The notes: generated by a model from the letters alone, not told the origin. A stretch of DNA of 49,724 bases from Octopus bimaculoides (GCF_001194135.2 NC_069001.1:884306-934029); one strand, 5' to 3'. Numbered from the stretch's first letter, positions 11,759 through 25,960 are shown. Translations and numbers: made by a program.

Positions 11759-12949
11759 TATGTGTGTGTATGTGTATATATACATGTATATATGTATATA
11801 TATTTATATGTGTGTGTGTGTGTGTGTATTTATATTATAGAGTTCAAATTTACAAGAAACAAAAGACAAAGACATTGATGTTTCAAGCCTATGCTCTTGT
11901 CTTTTATCTGTTGTGTGTGTGTGTGGGTATGTATCAGGCCATTCCATAAGCTCTGTCTGAATTTTGAATAAAGAAAACAAGTGAGCAGATGTGTGTGTTG
12001 TCTTTCTGTTTGTCCCCTGCCACTGCTCTACAGTCAGTGTAGGTTTGTTTATATCCCTGTAACTGAGTGCTTTGACAAAAGAGACCAGCAGAAGAGATGC
12101 CGAACTTAAAAAAAAAGCAAAAAGTGTACTAGGTCAGTTTGTTTGACTAAAACCTTTCAGCATGGTGCTCCAGCATGGCTGCAGTCCAATGATTGAAATG
12201 TGTGAAATTGAGAAGATAATCACCATTGTTACCTTCATTGTTTTCGTGCCATCCTGGGTTGAACAAGATTCTCAAATATAAAGAATAGAAGAGAATATTT
12301 TGATATTACAATCTATTGTTGGCCAGCCTAGAATTCAACAGCAGATACAAAGCAAAACTTATTATTTACTTGGATGAAACAGTTTAAACTGTAAATTCTT
12401 TTTGATATTTTCATATGAATATTCTTTGTATTAGCAATTATTCACTTATTTAACAAAATGTAAATGCATGTATATGTATAGAAAGGAGAAAGAGAAAGAG
12501 ATATGTCTTTGTGCATGGGTACATATGTGAGTTTGTGTGTGTTTACACATATGTATAAATACATGCAGATATATAAAAATCAAACCAATTTAAATAAATA
12601 AATCTATTGTATTTCTCCATTTCCTTTAATATTTGTATACATAGTGTCTGTAAATATGTGTGCATGCATGTATAATTACATTTATGTATATGCATATTAT
12701 ATGTATATAGATTTATATATATAGATGTGTGTGTGTGTGTGTAAGAAGAGAGAGAATGTGTGTATGTGTGTCACATATAATAGTTACTTCTGTAGATAAC
12801 AAAGCATCCCCTGGAGAGAAACTAGTTCTCTCTCTCTCTCTCTCTCTGCAGAGACCAATTAAAGTATTAATATAACAGCTGACTATCAACAAGCACTACT
12901 TTATATTACATTTGATTTGTTGCAGGGGCAACTCTCTGTCTCCATATGT

Positions 12950-13170
12950 GCACACACACACACACACACACTCTTACATTCCCTCACACTATTTAACTCA
13001 CTCACTCTCACACACATTTACCCTCTCACTTGCACATACCCCTTTTCACTTGCATACGCATGCACCCTCTCACTCATTCATTCATCTCCCTCTCATTCAT
13101 TGTCTCACTCTCACTCATTCTCTCTCCCACTCACTCACTCACCCTCTCACTCACTTGCCCACAAACACAC
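12950..13170 (+). repeat. (CA)n/(CACT)n-type low-complexity tract
   Basis: Direct reading. Confidence 0.85.
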
Positions 13171-14207
13171 TTCCAGCTGATGAATTCTTTCAATATTCTT
13201 CAATTTCTCCCTTTATTAACCAAGTCAGACCCCACAAACACAATCAACGTTTTGTCCAATATTGTGAAAACAAACAAAAAATAAAATGTAAAAATTAAAT
13301 TCGGTTTCTTTGACTGTTTTCGGCACCATTATTATTAGTATTATTAGTGTTGTCTTGTGATTTCCTGAGTTATTGACCTTTTTAGGGTCAATAAAAGCAC
13401 TGAGGTTAATTTAATCGACTAACCCCCTTCCCCAAACTTTCTGGCCATGTGCTTACTGTAAAAAGGGTCATTGAAGTAGCAAGGTAGCAGAACCTTTGCT
13501 GCATTGTGCATATTTCTTCTGGCTTTATGGTGTTCTTGAGTTCAAATTTCGCTGATGTCAGTTTTGCGTTTCATCCTTTCAGAGGCAGTAAAATACAACC
13601 AGTTGCATAAGGTACCAAATAAGGTACCAGTTGAGCACTGGGATTGTTGTAATTGAGCACCCCTCCCCTTCCTTTTGAAATTGTTGGCCTTGTGTGAAAA
13701 TTAGAAAGAGTAATTATTATATTTCGAAGTTGACCTAATACTTTTCCTGAAAGTTTACCAGGTCAAGTTTTGTGTCCCCCCCCCTCACTCACGAACAATG
13801 CTAATTCATGAGTGGGAGATAAAAATGTGTTATCAGTTTATGAGTGAGAGCATGAGTGTAATTATGTGTGGTTGTGCATATCTGAGTGTGTATTAATTTC
13901 CCCCAGTTTATATAATATTATATATGCAGTGAGAGAAAGAGATAGAAAAAATATATACAATCAAAAGAGGGAAACAATTGTCCTACTCCTTCTTACACAC
14001 ACACACACACTCTCCTCTGCTCTCTCTCTTTCTATCTATCTATCTACACACACACACATGAGTGATTGGACAAATGAATGAAAGTGGTACCTCCCCCACC
14101 TCGACACATTTGGTAGGAGTTAAATGCCTGAGGATCTAAGTTTGTTCTACAAGCCTACAAAACTTTAAGTTGAATGAGTTGAGTGAAGTTTACTAAATAT
14201 ATATATA

Positions 14208-14257
<50 letters not shown>

Positions 14258-14590
14258 CACACACACACACATACACATATGTTATATATAAATGAAGGAT
14301 GTTAGCTAGACAAGTCAACAGTGTCTGTTGATTAAGTAGTGCCAGTTTTTAAGGTTGAAAGGAGAATGTGTGGGATATATATCTAATTGGTTGTGTGTGT
14401 GTGTGTGCGCTTGTGAGGATGCAGGGTACTGGTCTCTAATGTGTGTATGTGGTGCTCATTTCGTGTGTCTGTGTGTTACTAAATGTTTGCAAACTAATGT
14501 GGCGGCAGCAGCCATCAAGAAACACAACACAATTGTCCTCATCTTCTACTATTTCCTCTTGTCAGGCCTATTAATGCTTGATATATCCTG

Positions 14591-14630
<40 letters not shown>

Positions 14631-14634
14631 GCAC

Positions 14635-14683
<49 letters not shown>

Positions 14684-15714
14684 CTCTCTACATGTAGCTA
14701 CCCCCCCCCCCCCACGCACAAACACAAACCTGGCCCACTCTATCCTGTTCTATTCTTTATTGTCTTCATGGATGTTTTCTAACAAGTCAAAATATTCCAT
14801 TCTGTTTAGAGAGACAGGCCGGATAATTAGAGAAAGGGAAACAGACAGACAGACAGACATATAATGAAAAAGTGAGAGAGGAAGACACAAACGTTGACAC
14901 ACAGACAGACAAATAATTAAACAGCGAGACAAACAGACAGACAGTGATAGAGTGAGAGTTTGCATATCAATTTATGTTTGCTGTATTTTAATTGTATTTC
15001 TTTTAACAGTTTAAAGCATCAGGTGTTGAACCCTAGGCCAGCCTGAAACAACCATCCCTGTGATCAAAGTCAATTCAGATACATCCATGCTCATCTCTTA
15101 AGAAATAGTGTACCTAGGGCTACATTATCCAACATGTGCTCTCAGCTTTTTCGTTTTGCTCTTTTTTTATCTAATACATTGGACAGGGGTTTCTCAAGAT
15201 GTCATATTTATCCCATGAATGGGGCCATGGCATTATTTCGGTAAATCATGGAACTTCAGTAATACTTAAACAAGACTTCCAGTAATCTTTCAATTAAAAT
15301 ATCTTATGTTAATAGGTGGAGGCATGTCTGTGTGGTAGAAGTTTGTTTCTCAACCTGCATGGTTCTAGGCTCAGTCCCACTGCATGGCACCTTGGGCAAG
15401 TGTCCTCTACTATAGCCCTGACATGACCAAAGCCTTGTGAGTGGATTTGGTAGGCAGAAACTGGAAGAAGACTATATTGTGTGTTTGGGTGCATGTGCCA
15501 TTTTGTCTGTTTTTGTACCCCCACCCCACCCAACGACCTCGTAAGAACTGGTGTTGATATGTTTACATCCTCCTCCCATTAATTATTATAACTCAATACA
15601 CACACACACACACACAAAAGAAAAAAGTGATTAAAAAGCCAGGTAAATACTTTTTTAAGCATTCCATAGGAGACGAACTTGGCCAACCAAATTGACCATT
15701 GAAAGTACACTTGA

Positions 15715-16092
15715 AGTGTCGGGTGACATGATGTGCTTGAGAAGACCTGTTGAGTCAAGTGAAATTGAAATTGTAGTTGTGGCTAGTGCCACCTGACTGG
15801 CACCCATGCTGGTGGCATGTAATAGGCACCATTCAAGCGTGGGTCAATGCTTATGCCACCTGACTGGCTCTTCATGCTGGTGGCACGTAAAAAGCACCAT
15901 GCAAACATGGTCGATGCCTGTGACATGTAGAAGACACCCACTACACTCTTGGCATAAGGAAGGGCATCCAGCTGTAGAAACCTTGCCAGATCAGATTGGA
16001 GCCTGGTGTAGCCTACTGGCTTACCAGTCCTCAGTCATCTGGCCAACCCATGCCAGCATGGAAAGTGGAAGTTAAAAGATGACGATGATATA
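15715..16092 (+). mobile_element. RTE-clade LINE 3' remnant (…VLEKTC*VK* plus UTR plus (GAT)n)
   Basis: gtgcttgagaagacc ORF end, duplicated gccacctgactggc unit, standard tail. Confidence 0.75.
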
Positions 16093-16178
16093 TATATATA
16101 TATATATATCTATATATATGTATGTGTGTGTATTATTATTTTTATACATTCACATGAAATATCATTTCTCTTAACATG

Positions 16179-16954
16179 NNNNNNNNNNNNNNNNNNNNNN
16201 NNNNNNNNNNNNNNNNNNNNNNNNNNNNNNNNNNNNNNNNNNNNNNNNNNNNNNNNNNNNNNNNNNNNNNNNNNNNNNNNNNNNNNNNNNNNNNNNNNNN
16301 NNNNNNNNNNNNNNNNNNNNNNNNNNNNNNNNNNNNNNNNNNNNNNNNNNNNNNNNNNNNNNNNNNNNNNNNNNNNNNNNNNNNNNNNNNNNNNNNNNNN
16401 NNNNNNNNNNNNNNNNNNNNNNNNNNNNNNNNNNNNNNNNNNNNNNNNNNNNNNNNNNNNNNNNNNNNNNNNNNNNNNNNNNNNNNNNNNNNNNNNNNNN
16501 NNNNNNNNNNNNNNNNNNNNNNNNNNNNNNNNNNNNNNNNNNNNNNNNNNNNNNNNNNNNNNNNNNNNNNNNNNNNNNNNNNNNNNNNNNNNNNNNNNNN
16601 NNNNNNNNNNNNNNNNNNNNNNNNNNNNNNNNNNNNNNNNNNNNNNNNNNNNNNNNNNNNNNNNNNNNNNNNNNNNNNNNNNNNNNNNNNNNNNNNNNNN
16701 NNNNNNNNNNNNNNNNNNNNNNNNNNNNNNNNNNNNNNNNNNNNNNNNNNNNNNNNNNNNNNNNNNNNNNNNNNNNNNNNNNNNNNNNNNNNNNNNNNNN
16801 NNNNNNNNNNNNNNNNNNNNNNNNNNNNNNNNNNNNNNNNNNNNNNNNNNNNNNNNNNNNNNNNNNNNNNNNNNNNNNNNNNNNNNNNNNNNNNNNNNNN
16901 NNNNNNNNNNNNNNNNNNNNNNNNNNNNNNNNNNNNNNNNNNNNNNNNNNNNNN
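16179..16954. other. assembly gap (776 N); other large gaps 2272-2802, 24473-24624, 32490-32590, 42777-43416
   Basis: N runs, mostly flanked by microsatellites. Confidence 0.99.
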
Positions 16955-19900
16955 TATATATATATATATATCTATATATATGTATGTGTGTACATGTTTG
17001 TACATATCTATGTGTATATACATGTGTCTATGTATGCAGGTATATCTGTGTGTATATGTATATACACACACATAAACATGGGTAGTACACTTTTAGCTCA
17101 TCTCAGCAAAATATTTCTCTACTGGGAGTGCGCAATAACTCAACAAGTAATCAGGGCTATGACTTTTATGTCTATGAGAATTAAACAAATGAGAAGAATG
17201 AACCACACAAAGAATATCTGGAATATTTATCACAAGTTTTATATAAACCTATGTACGCGCTTGTATGTACATGTGAATGTATATTATCATTCATCATCAT
17301 TTAGTGTGTTTGTGGGTGTGTGTAGCTATGTGTTTGTATATATGGCTGTATATATATTTGTATATGTGTGTGTAAATCTATGTATGTGTTCGTATATATG
17401 TCTATGTATAGTTGTCTGTATGTGAGTGTAAATTTGTTGTGTTTTAGCACTACGTAGTTTGCAAAACCACAATTATTAAATATATTTTAAGCTGCCAAAG
17501 TCATAAATATTAAGAACTAATTCAGTAACATTTATCAACGTAGTTAACCATGGTATCAAATATTTGTTTATATGGATATGTAAATGTATATTAGTATACC
17601 CATGCTGTCAAAAATGGTCTTCTAAAAGAAATAAGCTGAAACTTGTTTTAATAACTGCATTGTCTTCTTTATCTCTTCTTCCTATTTATTATGCTTCAGC
17701 AGGACAACAAAGAAATACATCTGTATGAATACTCAATAAACTTCATGAAAGACCAGAAAAGCATTAATCTCCATCTAATTAGTTATAAACATATCAGGAT
17801 ACTTTGACAATCTTACAATTTAAATTAATATTTTTTTTTCCTATTAAAACTCTTTGATTAAAAGTCAAATCATTATTGACAATTTCAAATTTTTTTCTTT
17901 TCTTTTTATATCTAAAATAAATGAATTCTATAAAAGATGAATATCATTAAAGTGATGTCAGCTTGAATTGATTCCAAGACACAATCTTTTCTTTTAGCCA
18001 CCTGCACAGGAGTCAGTCCAGTGTTTTGTTCACATGCCACCGGCACAAGTGCCAGTCATCGAGTTTGGTTCAGTTTCGATCTCACTTGCCCCAACAGGTC
18101 TTTGCAAGCTGAGTTTAGTGTCCAATCTCAGCTTGCGACGAGTATATATAAAAAAGAAAGAACAGGATAGTCATGGCTGGAACACCTTTGATCTATGGTT
18201 TGATGCCTCAGGACTAACCTGACTGAACTGGAGCTAAATAGCAACATCCCTGCCACCAGCACTAGTAACTGGTTTCCCATTCTCAGCATAGTGAATCAGC
18301 AGAGCTTCTATTTGAAACACATGTCTTCTACCTCTCAGTCGTATTTAAATACTCAGAAAGTAAATGCAAGCGAATCCAATTTCTTGCTGAACATCTTTCA
18401 TTGTTGTGGCAGTCATAGGAAGCAAATTGAGAAGCAGTTCGTTTTAGTAATTAATATATCAACTCTATCTCTCTCTCTCTGTTCTTGTTTAATTAATCAC
18501 ACACACACACACACACGTACATGCGCTTCAGCTGGATGGTTTTAAGTTCTTTATTTTGTGGGAAGGACACATGGTGTTATTTTGTGGGAAGGACACATGG
18601 TGTTATGTTGCAGCCTTTACTTTTTAATTGATTGTTTCCGGAAGAGTGGAGGTGTGGGAGGGTGGGGTATTTTCTAACGTGTCTGGTTTAGATTTACAAA
18701 TTAGAACTGAAGCTCTTACTACTACCGTGGCTATTACGGCCACTACTACTATTACTGCTACCACAGTTGCTGCTACTACTGCTACTACATTTCTGTTAAA
18801 ACTGCTATTACTACTGCTATTAAGACGGCTACTGTTGGTATTCTTGTTGTCACCCAGAGTCAACAGATGATTAAATTCTGCCAAGGCTACTCCCTTGGCA
18901 GACTAATTTGGAGCCTCAGACCACATGCTTCATGATAATACCCTTCCTGACTCATATCAACTCACAGGGTCAGTTTCCTGTTTTCCATCATGCATATATT
19001 TCTCACCCTGGTTGGAATACCATTCTGTCCAGGAAATACTCATTTTTGTCAGCTGTGTGGCCTGGTGCAACATGAAATGAAGTATTTTGTTCAAGAACAC
19101 AACACATCGTCCAGTCCAGCAATCAGCACTGCAATCTAACAACCATGAGTCCTACCCTCTAATCACTAAACTACGTGCCTCCACATGCTTGGTGATATTT
19201 TTTGGGATTTCTATGTTCCTAAGATCAAATTCCATTGAGGTCAACTCTGCTACCAATAAAATATAGCAGGCATCAAGTAGTGGAAGTCGATGATGTCAAC
19301 TTAACACTGTCCCCTCAAAATTGCAGGACTTGAGCCTAAATTGGAAGCCATTATCTGACTGGTCCTCGTGCCGGTAGCACGTAAAAGCACCCACTACACT
19401 CTAGGAGTGGTTGGCATTAGGAAGGGCATCCAGCTGTAAAAACCTTGCAAGATCAGATTGGAGCCTTTCATAGAAAGCCATGCCAAAGCAGACATTAGAG
19501 CACAATACCATCCTTGGGCCCATTGGATCCTGTCAAACCATCCAACCCATGCCAGCATGGAATATGGACATTAAATGATGATACACACACACACAGAATG
19601 TGCATTTCTTAACGGGTTGTTTTTGTTATTGTCTTTGTCTTGTCTGCATTTGTAAGAAGTTCACCAAACAAAACTTGTTGCAATATATACTTAAATTTCA
19701 CCAAACTACAAACACCCACTTCACAGAGCTTGTTGCAGAATCTATTTAAATATTCTTTTTTTTTCCTCTTTAGTATGTTTTGTTTTTAATAACATTTATT
19801 TTAAATGAAACACAAGAGGTGACTTTTTTTTTTATACCTTTTAAATTAATTGTTTTATCTTTACATTTTTATACAAATACTTATTTACATTTGAATAAAT

Positions 19901-20055
19901 TTTCTAATGTGCACAAAGCTTTATAAACAACGACTGCCAGATTATATCTCTTCACTAAAAGCGCTCATGTTGTACATAACTAGTCCATTATCTCTATTTC
20001 CAAAAATACTCAAGTTACTATTATTATCATCATCATCATCATCATCATCATCATT

Positions 20056-20280
20056 AAAGGCAGTGAGCTGGCAGAATTGTTACTACAAAATGCTCAATAG
20101 CATTTCATCTGTCTTTACATTCTGAGTTCAAATTCTGCCGAGGTCGACTTTGCCTTTCATCCTTTTGGGGTCAATTAAATAAGCAGCAGTTACACACTGA
20201 GGTCAATGTAATCAACTTACTCTCTTTGTTTGTCCTTGTTTGTCCCCTCTATGTTTAGCCCCCTGTGGGCATTAAAGAAA
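20056..20280 (+). mobile_element. tRNA-headed SINE family C (ggcagtgagctggcagaa...ttctgagttcaaatt...gaggtcgactttgcctttcatccttt.ggggtc); others 5930-6000(-), 9272-9470(+), 11090-11190(+), 13480-13710(+), 19215-19355(+), 24808-24990(+), 28135-28270(-), 33500-33665(+), 35905-36090(-), 47931-48073(+)
   Basis: Many dispersed copies with A/B-box-like head and conserved central motif. Confidence 0.8.
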
Positions 20281-20871
20281 TAAATAATTAGAGCAACAAG
20301 GAAATTTGCTTCATGTTCTGGGTTGAAACCCTGCCTGGGACATGCTTGCACCTCTGCAAGCTTAAACTGCAGAAGTTTATTGGAGTATAAAGCTTTTATA
20401 AACCATGTATTAGCATTTGCATCTACTCTAATAGATTCTTCAGATTTTCATATATATATATATATACACACACATACACACACACACATGACAGGCTTCT
20501 TTTAGTTTCCATTTACCATATTTATGCACAAGGCATTGGTCAACCCAGGGCTGTAGTAGAAGATATTTCCAGTTATGTTCAATATAAAATTGCACTTCCT
20601 CATTTCAAGCATACTTTCTGCTCAAAGACTAATTAATATTCATAGAATATTATGGATTTCTGTTTTGTTTTGATCCAATGAATCTTGTAATTAAGATTTG
20701 AAATCACAACCCCCGCTCCCTCTTCAAAGACAAAAAACAAAAGCAAAAACCACGAATGATGTTAAGTGGTGAATTGACAGAGTAGTAAGAGCACTGGGTA
20801 ATAATTCCTGGTGGTATTTCCACACTTTGGGTTCAAATCCTGCCAACATGCATCTTTGCAATGTTGATTAA

Positions 20872-21043
20872 TAATCGTTTAGCCTTCAAGTTACTCTGTC
20901 AATGTCAAAACCTAATTTATTCCCTTTGTTTTTAATTAGTCCTGCATTATCTCAGAGCTTTGAGATGTTCATGATGTGATTGTATATTTTTAGAATGACA
21001 TTGTAGGGTAGGTATGAAAGGCCAGATATGGCTAAAGGGTTAA
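20872..21043. mobile_element. putative piggyBac-type MITE family H (TTAACCCTTTAGC...GCTAAAGGGTTAA); others 22833-23046, 35015-35155, 45599-45814
   Basis: Left end taaccctttagcatt (35016) and right ends gctaaagggttaa (21031-21043) and aatgctaaagagttca (23031) are complementary; TTAA plus CCCT ends are the piggyBac signature. Confidence 0.55.
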
Positions 21044-21068
21044 ATAACCAGTCAAGTACAGGATTTTA

Positions 21069-21240
21069 TTCTTTCTTTCTGTCTTTCTTCAGTTCTTCCT
21101 CTTCTTCCTTCTTTTTCTACTTCTTTTTCCTTCTTCACTTTTTCTGTTGGTATTCTTTTTCTTCTTTTCCTTTTTTCTGATTTCTTCCTCTCCTTTTTCT
21201 TTTCCTTTTTTTCTGATTTTTTTTCTTTTTCTTTCTCTCA
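21069..21240 (+). repeat. polypyrimidine (CTT/TTTC) tract
   Basis: Direct reading. Confidence 0.85.
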
Positions 21241-22374
21241 TATTTTCAAAGTAACAACAAAAACAGGGTCCCTAGACTATCATCCTTCCCTTTTTATTGC
21301 TTCCAACCAACTTCATATCAAATGGTTTCACTAAATGAAACTATTCAGACTGATTCTGGTTTTAGATTGCTTCTTCTACAGAACTGAATAATATTTTTAA
21401 CAGCCTCAACAAGATAACATAATATTTTTAACAGCCTCAACAAGATAACATCACTCAAAAGTTGATTAGAGTTTTGCACATTTTTTTTCTCCCCCCCCCC
21501 CATTTTAGCTTATATTTATCATTGCTGTATTTGTATTTATATGCTAATTTAGTTTTTATCAATAGAAAAAAAAAGCATATAATGAATAAAACCACACAAT
21601 CCTGTTGTTCATTATAGGTGGATTTTCTACAGCCAGATGCCCTTCCTCTCATTAATCCTCAACTGTTCCCAAGCAAAGTTATTGTTCCCCATTGATAAAC
21701 ATGCTTTGATAAAAGATTGGAAATGAATGACACCACTTTTATGATGATGACATTCACAGCTAATGTGTGATGCCAAGGCAAAGAGATGGAGACAGTAATA
21801 TACCCATGTATATATACATATATTCATGGGTATGTTACATATACATATTATATACACAGCAGGCTTTATTCAGTTTTTATCTGCAAAACACACACGGCTT
21901 TGGTTGATCCAGGTCTATAATAGATGACACTTGCCCAGGGTGTCACACAATGGGATTGAACCCAAACCCATGTGGTTCTTACCATACAGCCATGCCTGCA
22001 GCTATATCAACCCTGTATTGTAGATGTAAATAGTAAAACAACATTTCATCTTCAAAAAATGTGGTTAATAGTCTGGAAACCATTACAATTTTATAATCCG
22101 ACACTCTAATGGCTTTCTATCTATAAAAGATGAGAGTGGAGTTCAACAGATCAGAATCCCATTATTATTACATTTTAGTACCCCCACTCCCCTTTACATC
22201 CTCCCTTATCTAATTTCTGACCTACCTTATCTGTCCATCTAGATCTAGTCCCAAACTCTCTCTCTCTCTCCTATCTACTTAATTATCAACACTGTGCTAC
22301 TTTATCCACTTATGTATTATGTAGTTCATGTGTTCAGTATTTTTTATTAACTTAGTAATTAGTGTGTGTGTATT

Positions 22375-22575
22375 ATCATCATCATCATTATTTAATGTCT
22401 GCTTTCCATGCTGGTATGGGTTGGACAGTGTGACAGAAGTTGGCTTGGCAGAAGACTGCACCGTGCTTTGTCGTGTGTTTTGGCATGGCTCTTATGGCTG
22501 GATGCCCTTCCTGACACCAACCACTCTACAGAGTGAACTGAGTGCTTTTTCTGTGGCACAAGTGCAGGCGAGGTC
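22375..22575 (-). mobile_element. RTE-tail repeat; further tail-only copies 19365-19582(+), 23690-23915(-), 29372-29520(-), 39190-39400(-), 41030-41112(+)
   Basis: catcatttaatgtc.gctttccatgctgg.atgggttggac...gatgcccttcct landmarks. Confidence 0.75.
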
Positions 22576-25100
22576 AATATAGATAACATAACTGCAATTC
22601 TGTTGGTTACGATGAGTGTTCTAGTTGATCCAATCAATGGAACAGCCTGCTTGTGAAATTAATGTGCAAGTGGCTTAAAGTTTGAAGATAAATGATTAAT
22701 TCAAAATATGTATAAAAGAGCATTACACTTGACAATAATTTGGACGCTAAACTTGGATATGTTTTGGCCAAAATTTGTCCCAGGTCATGTCTAATTTAAT
22801 AGCACCACCTGATAGGATCTGTTAAGTCATTTTTAACCAGTTAACGTTCAGATTATCCTGCCAAATTTAACGCTTATTTATTAATATTGTTTTGAATTAA
22901 CCATGCGTTATGTCTTAGCTTTGAGAATTTGATGATGTAACTATTAATTGTTACAACGTCATTGTAAGGTTGGTGTGAGAGGTCAGATTTGGCTGGTTTG
23001 AATAGAAAACAGAATATTTTGGCCGGTTTAAATGCTAAAGAGTTCAGTTGAGTTTTGTGTTGTGATGGCGTAAACAAGTAGGGAGTTATTGCTGACTGAG
23101 ATGTATAGGTGGCTTGTCTGGTGTCCAGGTATTGTTTGAAGGTGAGGGAGTCTTTTTCTTCTTTGATTTGTTTTGGGATAATGTTAAATAGAGCAGGGCC
23201 TATTGAGGGAAACTTATTGTGTTGCAGTAATATTTTAAGTAAAAAAAAACAATTCAGGTTCAGTTATATAACAGCCATATATTCAAATCTTCCTACTTGT
23301 GTGTCTGGGCAAGGCACCTTGTTCTGCTTGCTCCAGTTTGCCCGAGTGAACAAAAATACAGACATCACTCCTTATTCTATCATTAAGCAGTGAGTTGGGG
23401 AATATTTGGATGAGCATTCAGCTGTAAAAAAAACCTTTTGCTTTAACAAAAAGAACCCTCCCCCTCCCATTGCACTCCTGCAAGCAAGCATGGGAAAATG
23501 GCTGTTTATATTATGCTGTAGTCTGTTATACACGGTTTCAATAATGCTCCCTTTCATTTATTGTGTTGCATGTGGGTGTAGGAGAGCAGCACATGATGAC
23601 CAAATCACTGGGGCATGTCCCGTCACTGAAAACATACTGGATCCATGAAGTCACTCGAGCATATCCACTTCAATGAACTTATATTGAATTTGTCATCATC
23701 ATCATCATCATTTAACGCCCCTTTTTTTTCCATAAGGGCATGGATTACATAGTTCAAGATAAGAGTGCTGAGCCAGAGAGCTGTACCATGCTCCAGCCTC
23801 TGCTTTGGTATGGGTTTTCTACAGCTGGATGCCCTTCCTAACACCAACCACTTTACAGAATGCACTGGGTGCTTTCTATATGGCACCAGGGCGGGTGTGG
23901 TCACAAAGTATTTACAAGACAAGATCCCTTGAGGAAGGTGGCTTTGATAGGAATGGGTGGCAAGCTACATGGGCACCAAATATCAGGCTATATGAATGGT
24001 GAGTGCTGAGCTACATGCATGAAAATGTCAGGCCACATGGGTGGTGTGTTACAAGTCTCTCAAAATCGGTAAGAATTAATTAGTATGGAAGCTACTTTAT
24101 GTATTTATTTCTATTTCTTTATACAATATATATATTCATTTTATATGCTGGTCACTGATAAAATTTAAAAAAAAAGTTTTAGCCTCTATTATATATATGT
24201 GTGTGTGTGCTCCAGCATGACCACAGCTGCATGGCTGAAACGAGTAAAAGAGTTAATACACACACACTCACACTCACTTTTCTTTTCTTTTTTGTTTTGA
24301 AGCCATGTGGTTATCACCATGTCAAGTTGTGAATAATTTCATTTTACGACCAATTGCAAAAATAATTTCAAAAATTTATTATATATTTTGAGGAAGGCAA
24401 AGTAATTTTTTAATAACAATTTTCTCCAACAGCAACATTTTCCCATGGAATACACAGTTCAGAAGAGCAAAANNNNNNNNNNNNNNNNNNNNNNNNNNNN
24501 NNNNNNNNNNNNNNNNNNNNNNNNNNNNNNNNNNNNNNNNNNNNNNNNNNNNNNNNNNNNNNNNNNNNNNNNNNNNNNNNNNNNNNNNNNNNNNNNNNNN
24601 NNNNNNNNNNNNNNNNNNNNNNNNAGGGATGGGATGGGTGTCAACTTTGCCTTTTTTATTTCTTTCTCCAGAGATTGATAAAATATTTGTCCCTTCATCT
24701 TTTGTGGCCCTTGTAGCTATACAAGCTGACAGAATTGTTCACATGCAAAGTAGACTGATAGAATCAGTACCAGACTACAATCCATATATTGATTTTATTC
24801 AACAGAAGGGCAGTGAGCTGGCAGAAATGCTTAGCGGTATTTCACCCATTGCTACGTTCTGAGTTCAAATTCCACCAAGGTTGACTTTACCTTTCATCCT
24901 TTCAGGGTCGATAAAATTAGTACCAGTTATGCACTGGTGTCAATGTAATCGACTTAATCTCTTCCCTCAAAATTTGAATTCCTTGTGCTTCCAGTAAAAA
25001 GGATTTTTTATTCAACAGAAAAAACTTGATTCTGAAAGTTTCGTTTTGTTTTCGTCTGATTTTGAAATTATTACTTTTTTGTTTTTGTTTATCTTTCTAG

Positions 25101-25238
25101 TGCTCTGGATCCCGATGCTATCTGCAAAGGCTGTGCATTTAAAGACAGCAATGGAACCTTCCAAAAACCAGTTTGGAAAAATGCTCAGAATGGGAAAACC
25201 TTCTACCCCTCATATAATATCTCCCCTGGACATTACAC
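25101..25238 (+). CDS. HMCES: HMCES coding exon 2 (first visible): (C)ALDPDAICKGCAFKDSNGTFQKPVWKNAQNGKTFYPSYNISPGHY(T)
   Basis: tttctag acceptor and gtgagt donor; 138 nt, phase 2 to 2; PSYN..P motif matches the SRAP N-terminal region (human PSYNKSP). Not in the ORF track, whose 25046..25402 ORF is in another frame. Confidence 0.93.
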
Positions 25239-25296
25239 GTGAGTTGGAACTTATCACAAACATATTTTGTTGTTGTTTGGGGTTTGTTTTTTTATT

Positions 25297-25470
25297 TATG
25301 AAGTCCGATCAAAAAATATCGGGGGACTGGTGTTATAAAAAGAAAACTATCCGACATGTATCAATTCCACATTCAACCTCCTTTGAACCAATCCCCTTCT
25401 GAAGCCACAGATACGCTGTCCAGCATTGTTTCCCTGCAACTCCTTTGACTGGAACAAGTAAAAAAAGGGA
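25297..25470 (-). mobile_element. mariner/Tc1 3' remnant (transposase end plus TIR)
   Basis: Minus strand reads ...VSVASEGDWFKGG*, resembling the mariner C-terminus (KCV...GDYFE); ends in a TIR-like gtccc..gatattttttgatcggacttca followed by TA. Confidence 0.5.
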
Positions 25471-25778
25471 TATGTAGTTCAAATATCCAGGTATACATAT
25501 ATATGTTACAGACACATTATAGACAGGAATTACCTAGAAGAAGAGAGATCGTTTTTCTGCATCTGTTGATCAACTTTGACTCTGTAGTGTGTGTACACAA
25601 GTGTGCATAAATGCATAGATATGCATACATGTACTTGCACACATAAATATGTGTGTGTGTGTGGGTGCATGCATATATACACACACACACACACATGTGT
25701 ACATAGATATATGTGCACATACACATGCATATATGTTTATATACATCTGTGTGTGTATGTGGATATGTATGTATGTAT

Positions 25779-25830
<52 letters not shown>

Positions 25831-25925
25831 ATAAGAGCACATATGTCACGAGAATGTCCCACTTTATTATCTATTTTGTGTGTGTACATGTGTATAAAAC
25901 ATATATATATATATCTTGATGCATA

Positions 25926-25960
<35 letters not shown>

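Noticed and set aside
14450-14520. Minus-strand ATGGCTGCTGCCGCC (MAAAAT...) as a possible start exon or YY1-like site
   Set aside because: Stops after 19 codons, weak donor, no downstream exons found.
17698-17810. Pyrimidine tract plus CAGCAG followed by a short open frame
   Set aside because: No donor and no recognisable homology; expected by chance in AT-rich DNA.
25046-25402. 118-aa ORF from the track overlapping exon 2
   Set aside because: Shadow frame; the HMCES-like peptide is in a different frame bounded by splice sites.
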